DNA of 64,000 nt from Thermodesulfobacteriota bacterium (GTDB taxonomy: Bacteria; Desulfobacterota; Binatia; Bin18): the NCBI GenBank assembly GCA_964291405.2, contig OZ219926.1, positions 2,048,001 through 2,112,000 on the forward strand. The letters are read 5' to 3'. Below, in pieces: positions 40,204 to 50,797 of the stretch. A model generated the notes under the pieces. That model was not told the origin of the DNA and did no database searches. It worked only from the letters and a program-made list of their open reading frames with translations. Position 1 is the stretch's first letter. The number at the start of each line of letters is the position of its first letter. The translations under genes were made by a program, and so were the position numbers.

Positions 40204-41538
40204 ATGAATCTGACAGAGAAAACTGTAGTGATCATTGGCCTGGGGCGAACGGGGGAAAGCGTGGCGCGTTGTGTTCTTGCTCACGGCGGCCACGTCCGTA
40301 TCGCAGATAGTCATGCCGATGCGGTCGCAGCAGCACACACCCAGTTCGATATAGAAATCCGCTCGGACGACGACGCTGACGGACTCCTGCGTGGAGTGCA
40401 GCTCGCGATTCCCAGTCCTGGTGTGCCGGTGACCCACCCCCTACTGCGGGAGGCGGTCCAGCGGCAGGTTGCGGTGCAGAGTGAAATCGAGTTGGCCTAT
40501 CGGCTTCTGGCCTGTCCGGTTGTGGCCGTCACCGGTACGAACGGGAAAAGCACAACGACGGCCCTTCTTGGAGAGATGATCCAGCAGTCCGGTCAGGAGA
40601 CCTTTATTGGCGGGAACTTGGGAACCCCGCTGATTGACGCTGTGGGAACAGCCAGTGCGGTTGCGGTTGCCGAGATTTCCAGCTTTCAACTCGAATGGGT
40701 CGAGCAGTTCCGTCCACAGATTGGTGTCTTTCTCAATCTGAGTGAAGATCACCTCGATCGACACGGCAGTTTTGAACAATATGGCCGGACCAAACGGCGC
40801 TTATTTGCTCAGCAGCGTCGGTCTGATTGGGTGGTTATGAATCGAGACGACGCCCGCGTCCAGGCGTTGTGTCACGGGCTCCCCGGACGACTGTTTTCTT
40901 TTGGCTGGACTCCTGTGACCGGAGACAAGAGCGAAGGGACCTGGGTTGAGGCGGAGACCCTCGTTCTTCGTCACGCCGGCCGCGAAATGCGCTATGCGAT
41001 TGATGACATCCAACTCCGTGGGAGGCATAATATTGCCAACGTCATGGCCGCGGTGAGTGCGGCAACGTTGTGGGGGGTCCCCCCAACTGTCATCCAGGCC
41101 GTATTAGCCTCTTTTACTGGCTTACCACACCGGCTTGAACTCGTCGCGGAGAAAAACGGGGTGGCCTATATCAATGACTCCAAAGGGACGAATATCGACG
41201 CCGTGGTCCAGTCACTCAACAGTTTTTCTGAGCCGGTTATTCTACTGGCTGGCGGGGTGGAGAAAGGCGGCGATTATCGTCCCCTTCGAGAGGTCGTCCA
41301 GACCAAGGTGAAAAAACTCATTCTCTTTGGCCAAGCTCAACGCTCCTTATGCGCGGCCTTGGGGCAGGACACCGAAACACTGCTGGTCGATTCATTGGAC
41401 GAGGCGGTTCAGGCCGCCCACCGGGGAGCCCGAGCGGGGGATATCGTCCTCCTCTCTCCGGCCTGCGCGAGTTTTGATCAATTCCAGAACTATGCCCATC
41501 GTGGGGAGGCGTTCCGGTCCTACGTTGCAGCGCTATGA
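40204..41538 (+). CDS. murD: UDP-MurNAc-L-Ala:D-Glu ligase
   Basis: TGTNGKSTT, EISSFQLE, DHLDRH, NDSKGTN, LSPACASFDQF. Confidence 0.96.
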   Translation: MNLTEKTVVIIGLGRTGESVARCVLAHGGHVRIADSHADAVAAAHTQFDIEIRSDDDADGLLRGVQLAIPSPGVPVTHPLLREAVQRQVAVQSEIELAYRLLACPVVAVTGTNGKSTTTALLGEMIQQSGQETFIGGNLGTPLIDAVGTASAVAVAEISSFQLEWVEQFRPQIGVFLNLSEDHLDRHGSFEQYGRTKRRLFAQQRRSDWVVMNRDDARVQALCHGLPGRLFSFGWTPVTGDKSEGTWVEAETLVLRHAGREMRYAIDDIQLRGRHNIANVMAAVSAATLWGVPPTVIQAVLASFTGLPHRLELVAEKNGVAYINDSKGTNIDAVVQSLNSFSEPVILLAGGVEKGGDYRPLREVVQTKVKKLILFGQAQRSLCAALGQDTETLLVDSLDEAVQAAHRGARAGDIVLLSPACASFDQFQNYAHRGEAFRSYVAAL

Positions 41539-42701
41539 AGATGCTTGACGAAATACTCTCCGGGCAGTTCACAGACGCCCAAACCACACAGCCGATCCGT
41601 CGTGGTCCGGTTGACTCATGGCTGCTCGGAGCGGTGCTCCTGTTGATCTTGAGTGGGGAGTTATTTGTCTTGAACACGACGTATTTTTATGCGTTTGACC
41701 GTTTCGATGATACCTATCTGTTTGTCCGGAAACATAACGTCGCCTTAGTGATCGGCGGTCTTGGCGGTCTCGTGGCCCTGGCGCTCCCTTCGACGGTATT
41801 CCGTACCCTCACCTATCCGGCGTTAATCGGAGCATTCGTCAGCCTCTGCCTTGTCTTGCTACCGGGCTTCGGCCACGGCAACGTGCAGCGCTGGCTGTCC
41901 TTTGGAGCGCTAAATTTTCAGCCCTCTGAATTCGCTAAGGGAGCCGTCGTGCTCTATCTGGCCTATGCACTTACGAAAAAGGCGGACCGTATACACAGCT
42001 TTGTGTATGGCCTGCTTCCGCCCCTTTTGGTGGTCGGGTGTATCGCGGCGCTCATTGCCCTGGAGCCAGATTTAGGAGGGGCCGTATTCATCAGCCTTCT
42101 TTTAGCCGCTTTGCTTTTTGTTGCTGGCACGCGGATTCGGCATCTCGCCGTGCTGGCTTTCGTCGGGCTGCTGTGTCTCAGCTACGGAGTCCTGAGTGCA
42201 GATTATCGGACTGATCGTTTCTTGACGTTTCTGAACCAGTCGGCGGATTTGCAGGGTGAAGGCTATCAACTCGATCAGTCCCGCCTCGCCTTTGGGGCAG
42301 GTGGGGTCTCTGGGGTTGGGCTTGGAGAAAGTCGCCAGAAGATGTTTTATTTGCCAGAGGCCCACACGGACTTTATCTTCGCCGTGATTGGCGAAGAAAC
42401 CGGCTTATGGGGTACCACAGGCATCGTCCTCCTCTTTGGTCTCTTGGGTGCTCGGGGGCTCCGGGTCGCGTCGCACCACCCTACACAGTTTGGTCGTTTA
42501 CTCGCATTTGGCTGTACCTTCCTGATCGTCTGTCAGGCTGGAATCAATATGGCGGTTGTCATTGGCCTGCTCCCGATAACCGGACTGCCGTTGCCCTTCA
42601 TCAGCTACGGAGGGTCTGCATTAGTCATTATCCTTTTCTGTACTGGCATATTGCTTGGACTCTCGCGTGAAGTCCGGGGGAAGGAGAGTGCCCATGCCTA
42701 G
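41535..42701 (+). CDS. ftsW: SEDS peptidoglycan polymerase FtsW
   Basis: FQPSEFAK, EPDLG, LPEAHTDFIF.VIGEE.G, LPFISYGGS. Confidence 0.95.
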   Translation: MKMLDEILSGQFTDAQTTQPIRRGPVDSWLLGAVLLLILSGELFVLNTTYFYAFDRFDDTYLFVRKHNVALVIGGLGGLVALALPSTVFRTLTYPALIGAFVSLCLVLLPGFGHGNVQRWLSFGALNFQPSEFAKGAVVLYLAYALTKKADRIHSFVYGLLPPLLVVGCIAALIALEPDLGGAVFISLLLAALLFVAGTRIRHLAVLAFVGLLCLSYGVLSADYRTDRFLTFLNQSADLQGEGYQLDQSRLAFGAGGVSGVGLGESRQKMFYLPEAHTDFIFAVIGEETGLWGTTGIVLLFGLLGARGLRVASHHPTQFGRLLAFGCTFLIVCQAGINMAVVIGLLPITGLPLPFISYGGSALVIILFCTGILLGLSREVRGKESAHA

Positions 42702-43845
42702 AGCGCCCCGACTCCTTCTTGCAGCGGGAGGTACCGGCGGACACCTCTTTCCTGGAGTTGCTGTGGCAGAGCTTGCGCAGCGACAGGCCGGTGCTGCGGT
42801 GTTGTTTGTTGGCACCTCCGGCGGAATGGAAAAGGATGTCATCCCGCAGCTTGGATTTTCTCTACGTTTCATCCCTGCTGAACAACTCCGCGGACGAACG
42901 AGGTGGGGGAAAATCCGCGCCATAGGAGTCGCTGGCTATGGTGTTGGGGCCGCCTGGCGCATCATTCGTGAGTTCGCTCCCGACGTGATCTTCAGCATCG
43001 GGGGCTATGCGTCTGCTCCGACCGTCTTGGCTGGCTGGCTGCAGCGTATTCCCTGCGTTCTACTTGAGCCCAACGCGATTCCTGGGCTGGCCAATCGCTT
43101 CCTGAGTTGGTTTGCCGCCCGCGTCTGTCTTGGATTTGAAACGGCCGCCCGCTTTTTCCCGAGACACAAAGTTGTCCATACCGGCAATCCGGTGCGATCT
43201 GTCTTACGGCCAACACTTCAGCCGACTGTAGCAGATAAGCCCTTTACCATTCTCGTCTTTGGTGGCAGTGCCGGAGCCCATCGGCTCAACCTCATCGCGC
43301 CGCAGGCCTTGGCCCGGTTACACAAGACCCAGAGTGGACAAAAGGGTGTGGACCCAGCGCCAGCGATACAGATCATCCATCAGACCGGCCAGGCCGAGTA
43401 CGCGTCCGTCTCAGCCTCGTATGCGACTGTAGGGATAGCGGCACGGGTGGTCCCGTTTATTGACGCCATGCAGGAAGTATATGCTGAGGCCGACCTCGTC
43501 ATTTGCCGAGCTGGAGCAATAACGGCCGCAGAGCTGACTCTGCTCGGAAAGCCGGCCATCCTTATTCCCTACCCATACGCGGCAGACGACCACCAACGAG
43601 CCAATGCCGAGGCCCTTGTGCAGGCGGGCGCAGCGGTGATGCTCCTGGACCACACACTGTCCCCCGAGTTGCTCGAACAGACGATTGCGCGCCTCGTCCA
43701 GCATAGAGACACCTTAGGAAATATGGCCCGAGCAGCGGCGACTTTAGGCTGCCCCGACGCGACCGCCGCTGTCGTCCAGACCTGTTTTGCCTGTACCCCT
43801 TATATGTCTTCTTCAGGTCAGGAGGTTTCGTGTCAAGAAAGATGA
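42694..43845 (+). CDS. murG: Lipid II GlcNAc transferase
   Basis: [36 protein letters not shown]. Confidence 0.96.
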   Translation: MPRAPRLLLAAGGTGGHLFPGVAVAELAQRQAGAAVLFVGTSGGMEKDVIPQLGFSLRFIPAEQLRGRTRWGKIRAIGVAGYGVGAAWRIIREFAPDVIFSIGGYASAPTVLAGWLQRIPCVLLEPNAIPGLANRFLSWFAARVCLGFETAARFFPRHKVVHTGNPVRSVLRPTLQPTVADKPFTILVFGGSAGAHRLNLIAPQALARLHKTQSGQKGVDPAPAIQIIHQTGQAEYASVSASYATVGIAARVVPFIDAMQEVYAEADLVICRAGAITAAELTLLGKPAILIPYPYAADDHQRANAEALVQAGAAVMLLDHTLSPELLEQTIARLVQHRDTLGNMARAAATLGCPDATAAVVQTCFACTPYMSSSGQEVSCQER

Positions 43846-45485
43846 AGGAACGGGAACCGGACGGTCCTGCAGACCGATGGGCGGCAAAGAGTGAACATGT
43901 CCTCCCATCAACCAAAAAAGCCGGACACGTTTACTCTTTCGAAGCTAGTACGCCGCCACCCGTGGCCGTGGGTCTCCAGATGCCACAAAGAGTGAACATG
44001 TCCTCCCATCAACCAAAAAAGCCGGACACGTTTACTCTTTCCACCCGAACCGCCCTTCCCCCCCGCGCGACTGCGGTGTCCGAGACGCCGGTCTTGTTTA
44101 ATACCAACCGGCGGATTCACTTTGTCGGTATTGGCGGAGTCGGGATGAGCGGTATAGCCGAGGTCTTACTCAATCTCGGTTATCAAATTAGTGGCTCGGA
44201 TCTGACCGAATCCGAAACAACGCGGCGATTGAAACACAACGGGGCACATATTGTGTATGGTCACCAACCACAGCATGTGCATTCCGATACCGATGTTGTG
44301 GTCATCTCGTCAGCTGTCAAATATGCGAATCCGGAAGTCGTGCGGGCTCGTGCACTCAGTATTCCAGTCATTCCACGGGCCGAAATGCTGGCTGAGCTGA
44401 TGCGCCTCAAATACGGCATTGCGGTTGCCGGGACGCATGGGAAGACGACGACGACTTCCTTAATCGCAACCTCCCTCGCCCATGCCCACTTTGATCCAAC
44501 CATGGTTATTGGTGGACGGCTCAACGTGCTGGGGTCTAATGCCCGGTTGGGGCAGGGACGTTTTCTGGTTGCTGAAGCCGACGAGAGTGATGGGACGTTT
44601 CTCCTACTCAGCCCAACGATTGTTGTGGTGACCAATATTGATCCCGAGCACCTTGACTACTATGGACATATGGATCGCGTCCAAGCCGCCTATCTTGACT
44701 TTATCAATCGGATTCCCTTTTACGGCCGCGCCGTGCTGTGCCTGGACAGCGTGCATGTCCGTGCGCTGCTTCCCCAGGTACGCAAGCGGTTTGTCACCTA
44801 TGGCCTGAGTCCGGAGGCGGATGTGCAGGCCAAACAACTGACGGTCTCCGGCCTCACCACACGGTGTGAGGTCTGGCGCGGAACAGAGCGCCTGGGCGAT
44901 ATCCAACTGAACCTGCCTGGCCGTCACGCTGCGCTGAATGCCCTGGCGGCAGTGGCGGTCGCCCTTGAGCTGGAGATTCCGTTTTCTCAAGTCCAGGAAG
45001 CCCTGCACAAATTTACCGGTATTCAGCGACGCTTTGAGATCAAGGGAGAAGCAGCGGAGGTGTTGGTGGTTGACGACTACGCCCATCACCCGGAAGAATT
45101 ACGCGCCACCTTACGGGCCGCTAGGGAGGGCTTTGGTCGCCGTTTGGTCGCGCTCTTCCAACCCCATCGCTACTCACGCACCGCTTATCTGTTCGACGAC
45201 TTCCTGTCTGCGTTTGATGATGCGGACGTTTTGGTCCTGACGGAAATTTACCCCGCTGGTGAGGAGCCGCAGACTGATATCTCGGGGGAAAAACTCTATC
45301 AAGCCATCAAACGGCGTGGCCATGCTGAGGTCTATTTTGTCCCGCACCGCGCAGAGCTGGCACAGACGGCGCAGACCATCGTCCGGGCGGGGGACTTAGT
45401 GTTGACATTAGGGGCCGGTGATATTGTCCAGACCGGGCCCGAGTTGCTCGCACAACTGCGGAGTGGAGGCGTCAATGCAAGCTGA
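43842..45485 (+). CDS. murC: UDP-MurNAc:L-Ala ligase with about 85-aa N-terminal extension
   Basis: [43 protein letters not shown]. Start uncertain: GTG 43830, ATG 43842 (ATGA-coupled to the murG stop) or ATG 43998. Confidence 0.93.
   Translation: MKEREPDGPADRWAAKSEHVLPSTKKAGHVYSFEASTPPPVAVGLQMPQRVNMSSHQPKKPDTFTLSTRTALPPRATAVSETPVLFNTNRRIHFVGIGGVGMSGIAEVLLNLGYQISGSDLTESETTRRLKHNGAHIVYGHQPQHVHSDTDVVVISSAVKYANPEVVRARALSIPVIPRAEMLAELMRLKYGIAVAGTHGKTTTTSLIATSLAHAHFDPTMVIGGRLNVLGSNARLGQGRFLVAEADESDGTFLLLSPTIVVVTNIDPEHLDYYGHMDRVQAAYLDFINRIPFYGRAVLCLDSVHVRALLPQVRKRFVTYGLSPEADVQAKQLTVSGLTTRCEVWRGTERLGDIQLNLPGRHAALNALAAVAVALELEIPFSQVQEALHKFTGIQRRFEIKGEAAEVLVVDDYAHHPEELRATLRAAREGFGRRLVALFQPHRYSRTAYLFDDFLSAFDDADVLVLTEIYPAGEEPQTDISGEKLYQAIKRRGHAEVYFVPHRAELAQTAQTIVRAGDLVLTLGAGDIVQTGPELLAQLRSGGVNAS
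43886..43939. repeat. 54-bp palindromic element, copy B
   Basis: AAAGAGTGAACATGTCC-TCCCATCAACCAAAAAAGCC-GGACACGTTTACTCTTT. 15 Watson-Crick pairs, 1 G.T and 1 mismatch. Confidence 0.9.
43987..44040. repeat. 54-bp palindromic element, copy C (identical to B)
   Basis: Exact direct repeat of copy B, 101 bp downstream. Identity extends to 56 bp (43885-43940 = 43986-44041). Confidence 0.92.
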
Positions 45486-46413
45486 GTTGCGGACGGCGTT
45501 GAAGACGCAGCTGCGACGCGTCCTCGGTCCGTGCGTGCGCTTTGATGTTGGTCTGGCCCGCTACACGTCTTTTCGTATTGGTGGGCCGGCCGATATTTTT
45601 GTCGAACCAAACACCCCGGAAGAGCTTCAGGTGCTGATGCGCCTGGTGACGGAATGCGGAGTCCCCTGCTTCCTCCTCGGAGGGGGGACGAATGTCCTCG
45701 TCAGTGACAAAGGGGTCCGCGGGGTCGTGATTCGGCTGGGGCGGGGTTTCGACTACGCAGCGTGGGAGATCCAGCCCGAGCGGCAGCAGACCGCGCAGGT
45801 TCGTGTCGGTGCCGGCCGTTCATTAGGCCGATTCGTACGAGAGGCTGCACGCAAAGGGTATGGGGGAGTGGAATTTGCCGAGGGGATTCCTGGACGCGTG
45901 GGGGGAGGCCTCTTGATGAATGCTGGGGCCTTTGGGGGCGAGTTGAGTGAAGTGGTTGAGACCATCACGGGGGTGACCCACACAGGCCAGTCTCTGCGGT
46001 TGTCCAATGCCTCGGTTGGCTTTTCCTATAGAACGACCGCACTCCCGCCGCAATGTATTGTGAGTGAGGTGATGTTCCGGCTCCGCCAAAAGCCCCAAGC
46101 CAGCATTACGGCCGCGATGCAACAGGCGCGCGAAAAACGGAACCGCAGGCAACCCCACGGATACCCGAACGCTGGGTCCATTTTTAAGAATCCGCCGGGA
46201 CGCTATGCGGGGCGCATGATTGAGGCGGTGGGCTGTAAGGGCAGCCGCCAGGGCCAAGCTCAGGTCTCCGAGCAGCATGCCAATTTTATTGTGAATACGG
46301 GAGGTGCCACGGCGAGCCAGGTATGGCGCCTCATAGAACAGGTGCAACGCCAGGTATGGCAAGAAGAACGGGTCTGGCTTGAGCCCGAGGTCCGGCGGGT
46401 TGGAGAATGGTAG
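45475..46413 (+). CDS. murB: UDP-N-acetylenolpyruvoylglucosamine reductase
   Basis: [23 protein letters not shown]...[21 protein letters not shown]. Confidence 0.95.
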   Translation: MQAELRTALKTQLRRVLGPCVRFDVGLARYTSFRIGGPADIFVEPNTPEELQVLMRLVTECGVPCFLLGGGTNVLVSDKGVRGVVIRLGRGFDYAAWEIQPERQQTAQVRVGAGRSLGRFVREAARKGYGGVEFAEGIPGRVGGGLLMNAGAFGGELSEVVETITGVTHTGQSLRLSNASVGFSYRTTALPPQCIVSEVMFRLRQKPQASITAAMQQAREKRNRRQPHGYPNAGSIFKNPPGRYAGRMIEAVGCKGSRQGQAQVSEQHANFIVNTGGATASQVWRLIEQVQRQVWQEERVWLEPEVRRVGEW

Positions 46414-47342
46414 CCGAGATGAAATCCAAACAGCGCGTCGGGGTGCTCTGGGGCGGACTGTCGGCGGAACGGGAGATTTCCCGCATGACGGGAGAGGCGG
46501 TCTGTGCAGCGCTGGAGACTCGCGGCTATCGCGTCCAGGCTATCCCGGTTGAAGCCGATGGCGCCTGGATTGCTCAGGCGCAAAAGACGGATGTCATTTT
46601 TATCGCCCTGCATGGGAAGTTCGGAGAAGATGGGGCTGTGCAAGGCGTCCTGGAAACCCTGGGGATTCCATACACGGGGTCCAGCGTCATGGCGAGTGCC
46701 GTCGCCATGAATAAGCCGATGGCAAAGCGGATTTGGCAAACCCATGATTTACCAACGCCCGACTGGCAGATTGTTGAGCAGGGGATGCCGGCTGAGCAGG
46801 TCGTGCCCTCCTACCCGGTCGTGGTCAAACCGGTTGCGGAAGGGTCGAGTGTTGGCGTAAGTATCGTCCGCTCCGAGGCGAGGCTCACGCCCGCCCTGAC
46901 GCAGGCGTTTCAGTATGACACTGCGTGTTTGGTGGAAGCCTATATTCCCGGGAAAGAGGTAACTGTCGGGATTCTCAAGGGACAGGCGATTGGGGCAATG
47001 GAAGTGGTTGCCAAAGGTGAATTCCATTCCTATGAGGTCAAATATACGCCGGGTCGGGAAGAATTTCTCATGCCGGCCCCGCTGCCGGAAGCAACCTATA
47101 CCCAGGTCCTCAAGCTGGCACGGCAGGCGCATTATGCCCTCGAGTGCAGCGGATATAGTCGAGTCGATATACGAGTGAGTCCGGCTGGGGAGATTTTCTT
47201 GATCGAGTTGAACTCGCTGCCTGGCTTGACAGGATTGAGTTATTTACCACGCATCGCCGCCCATCATGGACTGTCCTATGAGGATCTCGTGGAGGCTATC
47301 CTACAGCAGGCAACTCTCCATATTCCGCGAGGAGAAGTATGA
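46407..47342 (+). CDS. ddl: D-alanine--D-alanine ligase
   Basis: GG.SAEREIS, LHG..GEDG..QG, EGSS.G, E.NSLPGLT..S. Confidence 0.95.
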   Translation: MVAEMKSKQRVGVLWGGLSAEREISRMTGEAVCAALETRGYRVQAIPVEADGAWIAQAQKTDVIFIALHGKFGEDGAVQGVLETLGIPYTGSSVMASAVAMNKPMAKRIWQTHDLPTPDWQIVEQGMPAEQVVPSYPVVVKPVAEGSSVGVSIVRSEARLTPALTQAFQYDTACLVEAYIPGKEVTVGILKGQAIGAMEVVAKGEFHSYEVKYTPGREEFLMPAPLPEATYTQVLKLARQAHYALECSGYSRVDIRVSPAGEIFLIELNSLPGLTGLSYLPRIAAHHGLSYEDLVEAILQQATLHIPRGEV

Positions 47343-48217
47343 GACCCCCAGCCCGCAAAAAGTTCTCGATCTTTCTCCGGCTATGGCAGGCCATAGCCCA
47401 ACGGATTCTGATACCCGTCCGGTCTCTCATCCTATTGGGGCTCGTTTGTGTCGGTTGCACCATCGGGGGGGTCGTCTTGGTACACTATGCCGAGCAGCAC
47501 CCGTACTTCGCCGCGACAGATATTGTTGTCTCAACTGACGGTAGACTCACACCGGACGAGATCAGACAGTGGGCAGGGACGGCACCGGGGATGAATATTA
47601 TCGCTCTGGACGTCCAGGCAGTGGAGCAGCGTTTACGGCAACACCCCTGGGTCCACACGGCCGCTGTCACCCGGGAGTTCCCGCAGCGTATTTATCTGAC
47701 TATCCGGGAGCGTCACCCGATAGCGCGCATCCGGCGTCCAGAAGCCGCGTATCTGGATGGGAACGGTGACAGCTTTGTCGCTCCCACATCGAGTGCGCAC
47801 GATCTGCCGTATGTGAGCGGACTTGAGCGGGTTCCCCTGGAAACGCAGACTGTCAGGACGGTCCTAGCCGGAGCGCGGTTGTGTCTCTCGCTGATACAGG
47901 AATGGAACGTTGCACTGTCTGAAATTCATTGGGACGACCGGCGAGGATATACGCTGTTTTTGTCCGACCGTCAGGTCGTGATTCGGCTGGGTCAGCAGAT
48001 CCGCCCCACCGTGTTTGTGCTGATGCAACGGGTACTGGAGCGCTGGCCGCGAGACCGACGGGCAACCGTTTTTGATGCGCGCTTTACTGATCAGATTGTG
48101 GTATCCCCTCTTCCATTGAGACTGGATAAGGGGAAAAAGAGGAAACGTGTCCAGCATCTCCTGTCTACTGGAGGACACGTTTCCTCTTTGAGACGTGGAC
48201 TTAACTCGCACGCTTAG
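47339..48217 (+). CDS. ftsQ: Cell division protein FtsQ with C-terminal extension containing a palindromic element
   Basis: Single TM, POTRA (HPWV..A.V.R.FP...I.ER.P.A) and D.RF.DQIVV end motif. Lies between ddl and ftsA. Confidence 0.88.
   Translation: MRPPARKKFSIFLRLWQAIAQRILIPVRSLILLGLVCVGCTIGGVVLVHYAEQHPYFAATDIVVSTDGRLTPDEIRQWAGTAPGMNIIALDVQAVEQRLRQHPWVHTAAVTREFPQRIYLTIRERHPIARIRRPEAAYLDGNGDSFVAPTSSAHDLPYVSGLERVPLETQTVRTVLAGARLCLSLIQEWNVALSEIHWDDRRGYTLFLSDRQVVIRLGQQIRPTVFVLMQRVLERWPRDRRATVFDARFTDQIVVSPLPLRLDKGKKRKRVQHLLSTGGHVSSLRRGLNSHA
48136..48189. repeat. 54-bp palindromic element, copy D
   Basis: AAAGAGGAAACGTGTCC-AGCATCTCCTGTCTACTGGA-GGACACGTTTCCTCTTT. All 17 arm positions pair. 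Confidence 0.9.
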
Positions 48218-48226
48218 GGAGGCGGT

Positions 48227-49462
48227 ATGGAGAACATGGAGAACAAAGATTCCCTATTGGTGAGTGTTGATATTGGGACGTATCAGACATCTGTGGTCGT
48301 TGCGGAAAGAACGCAAGATGGGCTGGCCGTTTTGGGGATGGGGACCGCACCGTCTCAAGGCGTACGCAAGGGCCTCGTCACCAATGTTGAGAACGCGGCC
48401 CAGGGGCTACAACAGGCGGTGGCTGAAGCCGAGGCCAATGCAAGCTGCGAAATTCATAATGTGTTTGTCAGCCTGACCGGTGGACATATGGAGGGAATTT
48501 CGAGTCAGGGCGTTGTCCGAATCAAAGGTGGCGAGGTGTCTGCAGACGATGTGCAGGAAGTGGTTGCGGTAGCCCGGACGATCGCCCTACCCCCGGAGTG
48601 TGAGATTTTGCACGTCTTTCCACAGGGGTTTCTGGTGGATGGACAAGAGCGGGGCCGCGACCCCGTTGGGGCGAGTGGCGTGCGGCTTGAGACCGATGTC
48701 CATATTGTCAGCGTTTCTTCAACCGCTCTGTACGCCCTCCAGAAATGCTGTGAGCGGGCAGGGCTCTATCTCAACGGTGTGTACTATGGCGCGCTAGCAG
48801 CAGCCGAGGCCGTCTTGACTCCGGAGGAGAAAGAGCTGGGTGTTGTGGTGATCGACATTGGGGCGGGCACGACCAGTGTGGCAGCTTTTTGTCAAGGCGT
48901 CGTCTATTATACTGCGGTCCTGCCGGTTGGTGGGGAAAACGTGACCAACGATCTGGCCGTGGGACTCTGTATTCCAGTGGCAGAGGCAGAACGGCTGAAA
49001 CAGCAGCACGGCTGTGCTTTGACCAGCCTGATTGCGCCGGGCGAGGTGATTGAGATGCCTCGCATCGGCGAGCGTGATGCTGCTCCGCTCCCACGGCGAA
49101 AAATGAGCGAGATTATTGAACCGCGGATTGAAGAGATCTTTGAGCTCGTCCGAGAGCAACTTGATTTTGGTGGCCTCTCAGACCGGCTCGGCGCGGGTGT
49201 GGTCATCACTGGCGGGAGTGCGCTCCTTGAGGGTGTACCGGATCTCGCCCAACGCGTCTTCCGTATGGCGGCGCGGCGTGGCGCGCCTCGGTGGACGAGC
49301 GATGCGGTTGATCCAGCCCAGAGCCCTATGTATGCGGCCAACATCGGCCTGATCCTGTGTCATGCGCAGGATACGCTCCGCCCTCTGGCTCAGGTACGGA
49401 ACGGACAGAACTGGCAACATATGCGAGAACGGGTCGTCGAATGGTTTCGGGAATTTTTTTAG
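48227..49462 (+). CDS. ftsA: Cell division protein FtsA
   Basis: DIGT, DIGAGTT, AERLK, VITGG, C-terminal amphipathic helix WFREFF. Confidence 0.95.
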   Translation: MENMENKDSLLVSVDIGTYQTSVVVAERTQDGLAVLGMGTAPSQGVRKGLVTNVENAAQGLQQAVAEAEANASCEIHNVFVSLTGGHMEGISSQGVVRIKGGEVSADDVQEVVAVARTIALPPECEILHVFPQGFLVDGQERGRDPVGASGVRLETDVHIVSVSSTALYALQKCCERAGLYLNGVYYGALAAAEAVLTPEEKELGVVVIDIGAGTTSVAAFCQGVVYYTAVLPVGGENVTNDLAVGLCIPVAEAERLKQQHGCALTSLIAPGEVIEMPRIGERDAAPLPRRKMSEIIEPRIEEIFELVREQLDFGGLSDRLGAGVVITGGSALLEGVPDLAQRVFRMAARRGAPRWTSDAVDPAQSPMYAANIGLILCHAQDTLRPLAQVRNGQNWQHMRERVVEWFREFF

Positions 49463-49514
49463 ACCATAGCCTCTCCTGCGGAGGCATGCTAACTGAAGAT
49501 GAAGGAGGTGGGAG

Positions 49515-50702
49515 ATGATTGAGTTTGTGGAGAATGAGGGTAGTGGGGCTCAGCTCCGTATCATTGGGATTGGAGGGGCTGGAGGGAATGCCATCAATAC
49601 GATGATCAGTGGTGGGCTGTCCGGCGTTGACTTTATTGTGGCGAATACTGACGCGCAAGCGTTGCGGGTCAATTTGGCACCGACCAAGATTCAACTTGGA
49701 TCCGAGTTGACCAAAGGACTCGGAGCGGGCGCCAATCCTGAGATCGGTCGCAATGCCACGCTGGAAACCGAGGACGAGCTGCGGCAGCAGCTAGTTGGGG
49801 CCGATATGGTCTTCGTTACGGCGGGGATGGGCGGAGGAACCGGCACCGGTGGGGCACCCATTGTTGCTCGGCTGGCAAAGGAAAGTGGAGCGTTGACCGT
49901 TGGAGTTGTGACTAAGCCGTTTCTCTTTGAGGGGAAGCGACGCATGCGGCAGGCCGATGAGGGTATCCACGAGTTGAAAGAAAATGTGGATACTCTGATT
50001 TGTATTCCGAACCAACGTTTATTGGCGGTGGCGAGCCGCAGCCAGCCACTCATCGAAGCCTTTCACAAGGCGGATGAGGTTTTACTCCAGGCCGTTCGAG
50101 GCATTTCTGACCTGATTATGGTAAGTGGTCTGATTAACCTCGACTTTGCAGACGTGCGGACCATCATGGCCGAGATGGGGATGGCAATTATGGGGGCCTC
50201 TACAGCGAGTGGAGAGAACCGGGCAGAAGAGGCCGCACGTCGGGCCATTGCCAGCCCGCTGCTTGAAGATATTTCCATTAGTGGGGCACGCGGCGTGCTG
50301 ATCAATGTGACCGGTGGACGGAGTCTCACCCTGCACGAAGTCAATGAGGCGGCCTCGCTGATCCAAGAAGAAGCGGCTGAAGATGCCAACATTATCTTTG
50401 GTGCGGTCATTGACGAGACCATGGAGGAAGAGCTGCTCATTACGGTCATTGCCACCGGATTTGGCGAAAAGGAATTGGAGCGACCGAAAACGCCAACGCT
50501 CAGCGCGGTGTCTGGTGGAAAACGGAATACAAAAGGATCGCTCGGAACGTTTGATCCAGCAGTGCTGGAACAACCAGCCTATGCACGGAGACGCACACTC
50601 GGGCAAAGCTCGGTCGTTCCTTCGGCAAAAAATATGGACTCGGAGCAGAGCGATGAGCTTGCCGAAGGTATGCCCGTGTTTCTCAGAAAGCAGGCGAATT
50701 AA
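49515..50702 (+). CDS. ftsZ: Cell division protein FtsZ
   Basis: GGGTGTG tubulin signature, NLDFADV, C-terminal P.FLRKQA. Confidence 0.98.
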   Translation: MIEFVENEGSGAQLRIIGIGGAGGNAINTMISGGLSGVDFIVANTDAQALRVNLAPTKIQLGSELTKGLGAGANPEIGRNATLETEDELRQQLVGADMVFVTAGMGGGTGTGGAPIVARLAKESGALTVGVVTKPFLFEGKRRMRQADEGIHELKENVDTLICIPNQRLLAVASRSQPLIEAFHKADEVLLQAVRGISDLIMVSGLINLDFADVRTIMAEMGMAIMGASTASGENRAEEAARRAIASPLLEDISISGARGVLINVTGGRSLTLHEVNEAASLIQEEAAEDANIIFGAVIDETMEEELLITVIATGFGEKELERPKTPTLSAVSGGKRNTKGSLGTFDPAVLEQPAYARRRTLGQSSVVPSAKNMDSEQSDELAEGMPVFLRKQAN

Positions 50703-50797
50703 GAGGAGCGACCCTATTCGGCCATGCATAATGCGGGCTTCCGGCCCGCACTCCGGAGCCCTGACTCCCCTGCGTTTGGGAGGAGAACGCTGCTTTT

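Noticed and set aside
43885-44041. Repeat-spacer-repeat as a minimal CRISPR array
   Set aside because: Only two units, the 56-bp repeat is longer than typical CRISPR repeats, no cas genes or leader are present, and related copies are dispersed singly in other genes.
43983-44044. CCAC on both sides of copy C as a target-site duplication
   Set aside because: Copies A, B and D have no flanking direct repeats, so this is likely chance.
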